Assembly: GCA_964016885.1 (NCBI GenBank)
Contig: OZ024741.1
Coordinates: 121,334,001-121,398,000 of the forward strand
Direction of reading: 5' to 3'
DNA: 64,000 nt
DNA from: Eledone cirrhosa
Lineage: Eukaryota
Shown here: piece by piece, positions 22,995-36,768 of the stretch
How the letters are laid out: every line of letters starts with the position of its first letter
How positions within the stretch are numbered: the stretch's first letter is position 1
Program-made: the position numbers and the translations under genes
The notes under the pieces: generated by a model
What the model was told of the DNA's origin: nothing
Database searches by the model: none
The model's input: the letters and a program-made list of their open reading frames with translations, nothing else

Positions 22995-23085
22995 AACCTA
23001 CTCCAGAAACTGTTGAGTGCTTTTATATCAGTTATAAAATATTTACTCGTTGTAACCCAACAATTTTAAATAAAACTTTTGCATA

Positions 23086-23137
<52 letters not shown>

Positions 23138-23359
23138 CAAACGAAGAAATACGCACACACATGTGAAAAAGAATATATGTGTATCAATATTATAAATAAG
23201 ATGTCTACTTTAATCGAATCGATAAAAGTATGTCTTCCTTTTCTAGCCCTGGATATTGATTGGAGGCATTAAAACAACAACAATAACAACAATAATAATA
23301 ACGAACACACAATAAAACAATCCTTGTGAAATTTTCTGCCTTGGACTCGCATTGATATT

Positions 23360-23388
23360 TTATACTTTTGTCATTAAACTATCATCGG
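23360..23388 (-). CDS. Candidate terminal exon of the host membrane-protein gene, (A)DDSLMTKV*
   Basis: Strong pyrimidine tract plus TTTACAG acceptor; phase-1 compatible with exon 27756-27913; ends in a T-K-V PDZ-type motif. Confidence 0.45.
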
Positions 23389-24349
23389 CTGTAAATAGAA
23401 AAAAAACAAACAAAAAAACAATAAAATAAAATAAAATAAAATAAAATAAAATAAAATAAAATAAAATAAAATAAAATTTGAGATTAGTTTCTTTTATGAT
23501 ATGGAGTTGACATAATTGAGTTATGATATGCATGGAAAACGAATATAACAGCTAGGGACTGAAAGTAAAGGAAAGGAGCCGATCTGATGAGACCAAGCAA
23601 ACCATGTTCCCACTGGTCTTTACATTACCGATACTATCTTCTGGTTGTAACTCCTAACAGAAAGAGATTGAATTTGAACTGAAAATGCACAAAGTTAGAT
23701 CACATACCTCAAATCATCTCACCCAATATTGTAACAATTCCACTTTTCCACCACTCCTGAGTTCAAATACCGCCGAGCTAGCTAGATCTTATCCTTACAA
23801 AATTCCTGTTTTCCTCTAACTATCATGGTATTTTCCAATCTATGGAAAAAATGTGACAATAGTTTCTATTCACTGGAAGAGCAGCCTATCTGACTATCCA
23901 TTACCGGTTTACTTAATTCACTTCCAAAATGTCGTAATTGTAGGCCAACCCCCCTTTATCCTCTTGAGGGCTTCTCATTAACAACTGCTATGTTTTCTGT
24001 AGAAAACCACCGTACTCAACAACACCACCGCCGTTGCCCCCTAAAACATCACCATGCTTTCTGTCGAATTGTTAGATCTCATGTTTGAAAACTTCAGTAA
24101 AAGCAATGTTCCTGCCTTTCGGATCAACAACCCTTCAACTGTTTTAAAGGACCTCCTGCCTAGTAAACATTAGCCCAGTCCATTACTGCTTACTTTGATC
24201 TGGCATTTATTTACTACCATATCACTACATTAAAAAAGATTCGGACCGTACCATGATGATACTCAGAATCCATAGGTAAGTAGAAGAAAATCAGTAACAT
24301 AGCCATATGCAAATAAACCAAACAGACACGGAAATCAAGTTAAGAGACT

Positions 24350-24587
24350 GCTGTTGGATTGGATATAGTCGCAGAAAATCCCTGCAAGGTGTCATCAAGC
24401 AGTACTTCTTGTGGAACTCTCAGAGCAAAACAAAGAGAGGAAGGTAAAGGAAAGTCTGGTGGTGCGACTTGAAGAACGTAGAGAGATCTGGATAGGGGTG
24501 AGGATAATTGGAGAAGAAGGCCCAGAACATGGACGAGTGGAGTAAAATCGTCGATGGCATATGTCCCAGGACTGGCGGGACGACAAG
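24350..24587 (+). mobile_element. Decayed RTE-like LINE 3' fragment
   Basis: Degenerate translation WIG...W..Q.K.KRGR...W...AQN.DEW.KIVDGICP, typical of RTE C-termini. Confidence 0.55.
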
Positions 24588-24601
24588 TGTCTGAGATATC
24601 G

Positions 24602-24695
24602 CTATATTGAAGTATGTATAAAATAGGAAATTTCAACACAAGGAAAAATATTATCAGCATTGTTAGAAGCGACATCTATTGGAACTGAAGGTTGT
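24602..24695 (-). CDS. Candidate alternative terminal exon, (R)QPSVPIDVASNNADNIFPCVEISYFIHTSI*
   Basis: Acceptor ttttcctttttacag. Open for 30 codons in phase 2 (after the microexon); gives DNLQFQ* in phase 1. Confidence 0.35.
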
Positions 24696-26163
24696 CTGTA
24701 AAAAGGAAAATAATATTATATTGAAAGTTTGAATAACATTCTTGACCCGATTTACCTTTGGTTATTTAAGTTTTTAATGCAAAATTTGAAGCAGTGGAAA
24801 GCAAGCAACACTAAAGAAATCAAAGCATGCGTGTGTACAGCAGTTAGTAGTTAGCATACGAACCAGAAACTTAATAAAAATAGCAAAGAAAGCCCAATGA
24901 AAGTAGTTTGTGCAATAAAGTATGGATAACTCTCTCAAATAAGGTTTTAATGTTAGTCGGTATAGTTATATAAATAAAAATAAGAAAAGATACCATATGA
25001 AGTTACTCTAGAATAACAACACTTAGCCAGTGTTTAAATACATTTTACGCCTATTACACTATTTTAAATCATAATGTATATACTATTATTTATGTATATG
25101 GTAAGTATTATATGTTCAAAATATGTGAAACTACTTTGAATATTAAAACTGTATGCTTTTGAAGCATCACTGCATAAAACATGTTTCGAAATTATATGCA
25201 TCTATAAGTTTAGTTTTGTTGAAATAGTCGCAGCAATATTATTCTGAGTAACTAAATAATATAAAACCATACAGGAATGATAAAGGCAGATATTCAATAC
25301 CATTGTGTAACCAAGCATGAGATATGCTATTTAATATTCTTTTTGCTCTTGAGAACGTCGCACCATTTGACATAGAGGTTTGTCGACACTTTAGTCATAT
25401 GCATGGTCAGGCCTCGGAGATGCGCGCTACTGAACCTTAAATGATCACAAATTTGTATAATTAACTTAAATATATATATATATATTCATTTCTTGAGATA
25501 AATAAATCACTAAACATAATTACCACGGTAAATAGAACCTTATGGTGTTATGATCTGTAATATGATTTGATGCAGATGAGTGTGGACTGTGTAGTAGAAA
25601 ATGCAGGTTTGGGAATATTCTTTGTGTTGCTAGAGCAAGAAATGTCAAAAACTAGGTTTGTCAGCTTGAAATTATTTTATTTGGAAGAATGAGGCCCACT
25701 GTATAAAGTTACCTTAGGGCGCTAAACACACAGGGCCCGTCTCTGGTCATACGGGTTATGTAAATGGATCGATGTTTACCGTCATAGTTGATTGGTTAAG
25801 AAGATCATTTCACAATATTAGGTCCCTGGTTCGATCCCACTGCGTGGCATCTTGGGTAAGATTCATTTACCATAGCCTCGGGCCAACACAAGCCATCTGA
25901 GTGAAATTGGATAGACGGAAACAGTTTGAAATCCCGTCAGATGGACTGAACTTGGAATTCAAATGGCCAGTCTCGTCACACAGTCTGTGACGCTGAATCA
26001 CCCTAAGAATTACGTTACGGTTCACGTATCTGTGGAATGCTCAACCGCTTGCGTATTACTTTAAAGAGCAGGCTGTTCCGTTGATCTAATAACTGGAACA
26101 TTCATCGTTGAAACAAACGAATGTCCATTCCATTCACTGTTAGAAGCAACTACCCATTTTTAC

Positions 26164-26259
<96 letters not shown>

Positions 26260-27173
26260 ATACACACACATATACATGTACGAATACACACACACACACA
26301 CACAGATATTGAAGATACGCTTCAAACAGATCCTGTGTGCAGGAGGACATGCAAGACACCATGGCTACTGCTTTTAAAATTTATCTGATTAATTTATTAA
26401 CGCACACTCATTAAAAATAGTACCGTTCGAATTCAACTTATATCTAAAATTTCTCTACCCTTTTGATTCTTCTTAACCCCTTTTATACACGCCACCCGAA
26501 TCTACCAACTGGTTCTACGATACAAAGCTGTTAATGAGAGATAGTGATGTAGTCACCACTTCTAAAATTCGTAGCGAGGCTACAAAAATGTTTATTTGCA
26601 TGAACATTTTGTTTATGATTCAATATACAATGCAAATCAAAGCTGTCAATGTATTTATATTTATGAAAAAGCAATTTATCAAATCTCTAAATTCTTGATT
26701 ATATATATAAAAAAAAATATTTGAAAATCATAGGCAGTATCTTATGTTAGAAATGTGGTAACAAAAGAGTTATAACATTTATATTTATGAATAAAACTTT
26801 TCATCATAATGTTTTGTAATAACATTTAAGTTATATTCCAGACACCATCTTGATTAAGTGAAAATTAGAAATATAGTGGAATAGAAAGGAAGGAGAAACA
26901 ATTGACAACACCCCAGACCTCATTCACTTACCGAGTGGGTTGGAGCTCATATATCGGACCAAGGAAACAGTGCTTTCATTGCTCATATTGTTTCTGGTGG
27001 AATTCCTGGCAGAAAGAGCAACGTGAAATAAGGTGTCTTGCATAATGCATCACCCGGTCCTGGAATCGAATTCGCAACCTTACAGTTGGGAATCCTATTC
27101 TCTAACACCTGAGCTATACGCCTCCATAAATAATATAGTAACGAATGTGTAAACCACTCAGTTTCCTTCTTAC

Positions 27174-27183
27174 CTGAGCATAC
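27174..27183 (-). CDS. Candidate 10-nt microexon GTATGCTCAG
   Basis: Minus strand gctttcttttcactcag|GTATGCTCAG|gtaaga. Confidence 0.35.
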
Positions 27184-27755
27184 CTGAGTGAAAAGAAAGC
27201 AACACCATCGCATAAATCATACAGGGACCACGAAGCGGACTAACCCTCAAGTTTCATTTATGGTGGTGGCATGTGGAATAGATTTACTTGCAAAAGCACG
27301 AGTAGTTTGAAAGACGGAAACTGTAGCTTAGTTCTGTCAGTCGCAAGTGAAGCTTAGGCCCAAATAAAGCTGTTTTCAACAAGGGATGTTGTTGACAAAG
27401 AAATTATACATTAGTATAACTCACTAATTTGGCGTTGGGCTGATTGAGCGGCTGGTTGCCGGGATCACGAAGCAGACTTTCCCTTAAGATATGCTGTTTG
27501 TAAACTATATTTTATTTTACCATTGGACCATTTAAACCCTATTCAACAAGTTAGCCCGTAGATCAACTGTTCAACCAAGCAGCCATTACGGTACATCAAC
27601 CACTCAATTACATACAACGTTTTCAAAGTTACAGCAAGCAGGCATGAAATGTTTATTTTTAGCTTTGAAAGCTCTGTTAGTTTGGTTATATATTACGACA
27701 GGCATATTTCATAATTAGTCACTCATTTTGTTTCACATTTCCCACCTGTCCTTAC

Positions 27756-27913
27756 CTGAGATGTATACTGTTTTTGTGAAAGCATTCATTGAACGCTTGC
27801 TTTGGGGCAATGTGTCGGGGGCATAGATAGCCGAGACGTTGTCCGGCAATGATTGATAATAAGGTCGAAGAAATGAATCATTGTCTCTATATCCATCGGT
27901 AAGATGAGCTTTT
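27756..27913 (-). CDS. Host gene exon: cytoplasmic tail [53 protein letters not shown]
   Basis: cttcttcatcag acceptor, GTAAG donor, phase 2 to 1, matching the phase-2 end of the TM exon. Confidence 0.8.
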
Positions 27914-28114
27914 CTGATGAAGAAGAAAGCAACAAGATTATAGTCATGAAAATATTTGTTAAAATATGAGACACTGCTTATAGTATTGTTGTTGACGAAG
28001 GAAACAGTAACACACACACACACATATATATATATATATTTGAATATATACATTATATATATATATGTATATATATATGTATATATATATATATATATAT
28101 ATTTGAATATATAC

Positions 28115-28185
<71 letters not shown>

Positions 28186-28251
28186 TTCTATATATATTTA
28201 TTTATGTATATATATATATATATATATATATTTGAATATATACATTATATA

Positions 28252-28320
<69 letters not shown>

Positions 28321-28429
28321 GTATATATATATATATATATTTATGTATATATATATATATATTTATGTATATATATATATATATATTTATGTATATATAT
28401 ATATATATATATTTATGTATATATATATT

Positions 28430-28471
<42 letters not shown>

Positions 28472-28598
28472 TATATATGTGTGTATATATATATACATAT
28501 ATATACATACATATATGTATATATATATATATATATATATTATGGAGTGCTGTTGGCTTTTCGCTGCAGTGTTTTCTATACCTTTCATTTATATATAT

Positions 28599-28660
28599 AT
28601 GATGGCTGCCCCCTCGTTATCGAGTATGGCCATTGCACAATAAAAAAAAAAAAAAAAAAA

Positions 28661-28699
<39 letters not shown>

Positions 28700-28730
28700 A
28701 ATAAATAAAAAAAAAAAAAAAAAAAAAAAG

Positions 28731-28763
<33 letters not shown>

Positions 28764-28885
28764 TATACATATATATATATATACACATATATATACACAC
28801 ACACATACATACACATACATACATATATACACACACACATACATACACATACACTCACACATATATACACACATACATTAATAAC

Positions 28886-28928
<43 letters not shown>

Positions 28929-29007
28929 GCAATAATAATAATAACGACAACAACAATAATAATATACATATTCATATATATATACACACACACGCACGCA
29001 CATAAGC

Positions 29008-29051
<44 letters not shown>

Positions 29052-30032
29052 GATAGCAACTAACAGTGCTGCGATCGAATGTGGCTTTTTAGCCCAGCCA
29101 ATGATCCAAAATGTCTTGCACAGAGTCGGCAACCAAAACATTTACTGGGAATAGTCGGCTGTGGTTGGAGTTCGTGTACTTTTGCATGTCGCTTGAGTCC
29201 TCCTGCTGATTTACATTCTCTACCACATGTTTGGCAAGCATGATGAGTAGCATCTCCAACAGCAGCCTGGTAGTCAACCACTGGTCTTACTTTATGACTG
29301 CGAAGATGACTTTCGAGTCCAGCTTTGCTTAGGCAGAGTCTCGCACAGACGCTGCATGTCAGAAACATAGGAGGACCCTCGCCGTCTGGAAGTGCAACAG
29401 CAATACCCTTCCTCACGTCCCGCTTTACTTTCTCGTGTGCGATTCGAGATGCCTCAAAGGCAACTTTTCCCTCATATACAGTCTTTCTCCATTTATTACG
29501 ATCAGCAGCAACATTTTCCCATGTATCAGCAGAGATGTTAGCGTCTCTCAGAGAGGCCTTCAAGGAATCCTTATACCTCTTTTTTGGTTTATGTGGCGGT
29601 CGTTTTCCTTTAACCAACTCTCCATAGAAGAGTTGTTTTGGTATTCTAGAATCCTTCATCCTGGCAAGGTGACCACTCCAACGGAGTCGCTGCTTAAGCA
29701 CAAGAGCTTCTATACTGTCACACATAGAGCTTTCCAAAATCTCGACATCACTGATGTGGTCCCTCCAGTGAACGCCATGTATCCGTCTGAGACACATCTG
29801 ATGGAAACGCTCCAATTGCTTAAGGTGGCGTCGATATGTGACCCAGGTCTCGCAGGCATAAAGAAGACAAGAGAGTACACATGCCCTGTACACCTTTACC
29901 TTTGTCCTCCTGCATATGTCTCGCCGACCCCAGAGTCGCCTTTCTAGCTTTCCGAAAGCATCACTTGCTTTCCTAATCCTAAGTGAGATTTCACTGTCAA
30001 GGTTGCCGTATCGATTGACAGTGCTTCCCAGG
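28599..30032 (-). mobile_element. 5'-truncated RTE-clade LINE with three C-terminal C2H2-like fingers and a microsatellite-rich 3' UTR
   Basis: ORF 29060-29893: [32 protein letters not shown], then CxxC...H motifs three times; near-identical inverted copy at 47200-48250. Confidence 0.9.
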
Positions 30033-30085
30033 GGTCTTACTTTGGTGCGTTATGGTCCATCTGGTTCCTTACCACATTTCCTTCG

Positions 30086-30690
<605 letters not shown>

Positions 30691-31879
30691 AATGCAGTGA
30701 AGAATAATATGAAGTTGGAAGAATATAGTAGAAGAAGTCAAAGATAAGAAAATATGAAAAATTCCAAAGAAGGACAATTTGAAGAAACATTTGATGGAAG
30801 ATTTTGCTGAATTTGAAGAAGAATTTGAAAAAAAGCAGAAGAAGAAATAGTAGTAGAAAAATAAAAATATACGCAGGGGTATTCTAGGGTGCAAATACAC
30901 ACAATGAAGTCTTAAGGGAACACATTTCTGTGCCACTTTAACATGCGGTTTACTCTGTCCTTTACAATTCAACGTGTAATCTATCTGATCATTTAAATTT
31001 AGTATGTAGTTTACCTGGCCATTTAGACTCTAGCGTGTAATCTACCTGGCCATTTACATTTAGTGTGTGGTCTACCTGGCCATTTTCAATTCAACGCACA
31101 ACCTACCTGGCTATTTACATAAATGTAATTATCTAATATGCTATGTTAGAGCGAAAAATCAAATTCTAATTTTATTTCTAATTTTTGGCAAGGCCAGCCG
31201 TAAAATTGCTCGGTATGCAAATGAGGTTCATCAGCCGATGTAAAATTTAGAAAATGATATATATTTTCAACAGTTCAAACGAGTAGCAGAGAAGTACACA
31301 ATCCTGATGAAGGGCAATTGCCCAGAAACATGTTGACTGTTCTTCGATGCTACTGTTGAATGAATGGATGACGATGGTTATCAAAAACAAAACATAGCAT
31401 AATGAAGCCGTTTGATTGCAAACGAATCGATTATTAATATTATTATTCGATATAAAATCCATAATTATATTTATGTAATCCGCTATGTTAGAGCGAAAAG
31501 TCACATTTTAATTCAGACAAGTGAATACAAATATTGATAAAAGTGCCTCCTCCATTATACAGTGGTGGCCATGAATGGACCCCGAAACCAATGGCAGCAC
31601 ATATATGTTAAGTGTATGAAACTTTGTTTATACTATATATGATTTGGTGTTAAAGAATAAAAAACTAATGATAAAATACAAATATATTTTTAAAAAATGA
31701 GACCCCTATAAGTTTGTGGCCCTAAGCTATATCTTATTTAATTTATGGGTAAATCCAGCCCTGAGAGAGACCAGGTCTTTACACGGCGTAGACTACGGAT
31801 ACTGCGGTAGATCGCACACTAAAGTAGCACAAGAATTTCGATCGTAGACCAAAGATTTCGAAGAAAATGTAAAGCTTAC

Positions 31880-31994
31880 TTCATTCGAATACAGACGTAT
31901 GTTATGATTAAGATAATGATCAGTATTGCGATTGTAACACCAATGGCAGTTCCTATAATCACATTGGTAGTATTTTTTGAGAGGGTTGAAGCAG
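31880..31994 (-). CDS. Host gene exon: transmembrane helix ASTLSKNTTNVIIGTAIGVTIAILIIILIITYVCIRM
   Basis: ttgcag acceptor, GTAAG donor, phase 1 to 2; hydrophobic stretch of more than 20 residues followed by basic residues. Confidence 0.88.
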
Positions 31995-32283
31995 CTGCAA
32001 TATACAAAAAAAAAAAAAATAAGAAAATGCATAGACATAAAAATATGATGAGAAATGATTAAAAAAAAATTATTTTATTATATTTTCTTTCTTTCTTTTT
32101 TTTTCGTTTTCAATCATTTAACTTCGGACATCCTGGTGCACCGCCTTGAAGCGATTTAATCGATCATATCAGGCCCAGTACATATTTTCAAGTCCGGTAC
32201 TTACATTCTCAATCTCTTTTTGTCGACCTGTTAAGCTACAGTAGACGTAAAGACATCTATCTATCTATCTATCTATCCCCTCA

Positions 32284-32378
<95 letters not shown>

Positions 32379-32379
<1 letters not shown>

Positions 32380-33322
32380 TTAATTACACAATAAACAACG
32401 CAATATAATTATTCCCTTACCAAAAGTTTCAAGAAACTTAACAGAAACGTCCGGTACGCTCATCAGATGAAATATTTATGTTATGGATATAAGATTTAAA
32501 ATTAAAATCTATTAAACATGAAAGTAGGGCTGAATTAAAATAACGGAAAAAATACATGTACACACAGAATCGGATATACATACATGCACATATACATAAA
32601 AAAATAAAAATATACATACATATACACATACACACACATATACATATAAACAAGGTGGTAGAAAGTCTTGTCACCCCCTGTCACATATTGTTTTAACTTT
32701 CATTATTTTTTGTTTTAATAGGGCGGTGGATTGGCAGTATTGGTAGAGGGTCGGACGCCTTGCTTTGACGCATAGAGTTACGGCCCTTGCCATTCTGAGT
32801 TCAAATCCCGCCGAGGTTAACTTTGCCTTTCATCCTTACGGGGTCGATAAAATAAAGTACTGGTAATTGTTGGCCTTGTGCCTAAAGTAGAAATAATTAT
32901 TTTTTGTTTTAATAATATAATATATAATAATTGTTTCTACTTTTGGAACAAGGCCAGCAATTACGCAGTGCATTACTGGTACTTTATTTTATCGACCCCG
33001 TAAGGATGAAAGGCAAAGTTAACCTCGGCGGGATTTGAACTCAGAATGGCAAGGGCCGTAACTCTATGTGTCAAAGCATGGCATCCGACCCTCTACCAAT
33101 ACTACCAATCCACCGCCTTAAATATAATATATAATATAATATAATATATAATAATACTAATATAATTTTCTATTTCAGAGCTCCTACAGTTAATATTTAT
33201 GTTATCCATAACATAAATATTTCATCTGATGAACGTACTGGGCGTTTCTATTAAGTTGGTATAATTTCCTGAAACCTTTGGAAATGGAATAATTATATTG
33301 TGTTGTTTATTATGTAATTAAA
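32379..33322. repeat. Nested inverted repeat: hammerhead-like arms (32379-32488 / 33204-33322) enclosing two tail-to-tail SINEs (32721-32900 +, 32929-33117 -)
   Basis: Direct reverse-complement matches; the outer arm reads atttcat-CTGATGA...GAAA-C...atggaat (degenerate). Confidence 0.8.
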
Positions 33323-33534
33323 TAACTCTGTACTATACATAGAGTACGCTCCTTTACCTTTTCTACGGAAATACATAACACACACATATATATATATATA
33401 TTCATTTAATATGTAGTGAGACTCGTTACACGAGTTTCACCTGCGCACTCGCAGTAACAAGGTACACTAATTAGCCACATTATTATGAATATTCAAAGTT
33501 CGGTACTTTATAGAGAGAGAGAGAGAGAGAGACA

Positions 33535-33618
<84 letters not shown>

Positions 33619-33695
33619 CATACACACACACACAAAGTAAAAATAATTGATACGTTTATTGTTATTGCCGCCATATAATAGTTAATTTTACTTAC

Positions 33696-33809
33696 CAATT
33701 TCATGCTCACATTTGTCTCCTTTGTAGTATTTTGAACATATGCACACAGGATTTATAGTAGATCCGCCACAAGTACCGCCATTAATGCAGAAGCTCGTGT
33801 CACAAGAAT
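33696..33809 (-). CDS. Host gene exon: EGF-like domain 2, SCDTSFCINGGTCGGSTINPVCICSKYYKGDKCEHEI
   Basis: Six Cys in EGF spacing, CxNGGTC and YxGxxC motifs, AG/GTAAG boundaries, 114 nt, phase 1-1. Confidence 0.9.
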
Positions 33810-33944
33810 CTACAAATAATTAGTTAATTAAACATTATTTCCTGTTTATTAAAGTTACTTATCATACAGCGGGTTAATTTGGGAGCATACGTTTGCTACT
33901 GTGAGTTGATACACAAAAATGTATAAATATATTAATATATATAT

Positions 33945-36429
33945 ATATAATTCAAGAAAGAAAAGTGACATGGTTTGCTATACAATAAGGGCTTTATTCA
34001 CATTGCTGACAATTGTTTCTTTGATCTGGTAGGTCTAGAGTTAGCTACTCGCCTGATTTTGCGTCAATCGATCTCCAATACTTTGTTTATAACCAGTCGT
34101 TTTCATCAGAGCACGCGAAAGTGAAGAAGATACACAAGGCATGGCTTTTATAGTGGAGTGGTATTAAACCAGAACAATAATATCAATAATAAAATAACCA
34201 GATACTGAATAGTTAAAATAATAACATCAATATAAGTAAGAAATAGAGTATAACGATGAATTTAGCATGTTAAACGAATTGATAGGATACAGATGTATGA
34301 AATTGACATGTGAAAACTGCTATAGGGTACATTAGATGTAGTGTTAAGGTGGTGAATAGATAACAGATAAAATGTACTTGGAGTCAGGATTTATGAGGTA
34401 TAAGCGTTTGCTGTAGGTATGAGGGCACGTTGGCCATAAACCGGAGTTTTATTTATTGTTTGACAGATAAACATTTTCATTGTATTAACTTAGTGAGAAT
34501 GATAGGGTGCGAAGAAAAATATAGTTTTTATGTGGTGTTCAGTGGAGTTGTAGATTCGTTTTTTAAGTGGCCTATTCTAAAAGTTGGGATTGTTAGTTCG
34601 AATCATGGGGGTTTAATTTTCACCACATCAATAACAAATAGTGTATAAATAAGACAATAATAACAACAATAATGATTTCTTTATTTATTTATTTATTAAG
34701 GTAATAAAATAGTAAAATATGCATGGTAGATATAGAGAACATGATGAATAATATCAGGGATACATTGAGATGATCATAATAATAATAAGAGAAATATAAG
34801 ATTTCAAGGAGTGAAGGAATAATAAGATAATGTACTTAGAATTAAGTTCATCTGTTAGAGATCATGAGTGCTAATGTGGGATACGTAGATATAATTGTTT
34901 GGTCTGAACGGGTAAACAACAGCAAAGATGGGATTGATTTATGGGCTGATACGATAGTTGTAGACATTACTGCCCATCCTAGTGGTATAGAATTAGGAAG
35001 GCTAGAAGGTGTTTATAGAAGATTATGGTTCTGTAGTGGGCTGTGTGAGAATGTGGATTTTATATGTTAAAAGCTAAGTGGTATTGGTTTGAATCACGGT
35101 GGTTTAAATCTCGCGAATTTTGTAGCAATCCTATGTCTGCAGAAAATTGACCTTTCTATTTTGCTGTTGAGTAGCATTTTATCGTTCCTTAAGATATGCA
35201 GCAATTCAAGGTTGCAGAGCCCGCAATGGGACATACCGTTGCTATAGGCCTTTGCGGCCGCTAATTTCGACCAGCTTATATTGTAATCAAGGTTTTTGTC
35301 CTTAAGTTGCCAGATTTTATTGGCGAGGGTTGTAGAATTTACCAGTGCACGGTTCTTCATTGAGTGTCTGTGCACATACCATCTTTTTTTTAAAACACCC
35401 GCGGTGGATCCAATGTAGTGTCAAGTGGAGTTGCCCGAGTTTACAGTACACATGTACACTAGGCTCGAATCAAGACACCTATTTTCTAATGGGCACTTGT
35501 CTGGTAGGTGACAATTGCAGTTTGAAGTATTACTCGGTGCGGCTTTCACATTGCGGTTTTGCAAACTGTTATATGTGGGTTGTGATTCATGCCTATTGAA
35601 GTTTTGCTGTGGTGTGTTCATGTGCGTTTGTGGTTGTGATACTGTAATGTGTTTGTGTTTAGTGTTTGGTGCTATGTTGCGTATAGGTGGGGTAGCTTTC
35701 CTAGAGGTATTCTTGTGGTTGATCTTGCGTATGTGCGATTCAATGTTGGCAGCAGTAGAGTATGAAAGTTTTATAGTTTTTCTATTGAAGATTTTATGAT
35801 ATCTATGCGATGTAAGGAAGTGCTTATCTATTAGTTTAAAAAACGTAGAAGGCAGTTTAGTTCTTATAGAGGAGTTCAAGATTGGATTAAACCATAGGTA
35901 TTTTCTTTCTCTAGTTCTTCTATAGTTTCTAGGGTTTCCATTATTCGTGTTCAGTCCTCCTACTCTGGGTGGTACTTGCCTAGTTCTATGTCTAGTCCGG
36001 TTACCTTTATTTTTTTATGAGCGGTTGGTGTTGGTGTTAATGGGTTTGTTTGTGTTGTCCTTATCCGTTATAAACTGCAGCTTTTCTTTGTGTCCAGCCC
36101 TATGTAATGCTGTGTTATAATAACTAGCATGTTCTTTAACAATTTCTTGGTTTGAGGATAGGCGGGATATTCTAAGGGATATACTACGTGCTATGGAGTT
36201 AATTATGGATCTGGGGTGGTTTGAGTTATAACTAATGTAGGCTAGATTCTCATTATTTTTGTGGAAGAGTTCTGTTAATCCCGTGCTTAGGTTTAGAGTT
36301 ACGTCTAGAAAGTTTGCCTTTTTAGAATTCAGTTCGTAGGTAATATCTAGGCCTAGTTTTTGAAGAATGTTCTAATGTTCTAATGTTTTTTCGTAATCTT
36401 TCCAATGAAACAGTTCTACTCCTGTAGAA

Positions 36430-36430
<1 letters not shown>
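33945..36430 (-). mobile_element. Decayed 5'-truncated Penelope-like element (RT thumb + Cys-rich GIY-YIG endonuclease; Naiad-like)
   Basis: NFLDVTLNL, SNHP, CNC...CPL..RC...LVY...YIG, R...H, IWQLK, CGLC..E, LNSK.E...CRH at 35094-36330, with stops and frameshifts. 3' pLTR with hammerhead and AATAAA ends in (TA)n. Confidence 0.88.
34004..34113 (-). ncRNA. Type I hammerhead ribozyme in the Penelope pLTR, with an 83-nt stem II region
   Basis: TGCT-CTGATGA-[83 nt]-GAAA-C-AATT-G-TC-AGCA: intact core, GUC triplet, palindromic AATT loop III. Confidence 0.75.
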
Positions 36431-36520
<90 letters not shown>

Positions 36521-36686
36521 GGTATACGAGATATTATTTTCGGTTTCTCTAGTTCAGAGTTAGAGTAATCTATATCGAGAACTGTCCCAACATATAGTGG
36601 TTGTTGACTCAATAAGAGGTTTACTTTAGGAGGTTGATCGTAGGGTTAACCTTAGAGAATTCCGTAATCAGTAATCCTTGGAGTAG

Positions 36687-36768
<82 letters not shown>

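Noticed and set aside
25525-25630. Possible extra minus-strand cytoplasmic exon (ATQRIFPNLHFLL...)
   Set aside because: The frame is open but donor options are weak or create a junction stop; no independent support.
30690-30850. Glu/Lys-rich purine stretch resembling an exon
   Set aside because: Contains stops, follows a (GA)n tract, is antisense to the host gene and has no splice signals.
35421-35423. In-frame TGA in the Penelope endonuclease as selenocysteine (reported for some Naiad elements)
   Set aside because: It lies just before HYIG, not at a Cys motif position, and is most simply CGA to TGA decay. The element has other disruptions and I could not identify a SECIS.
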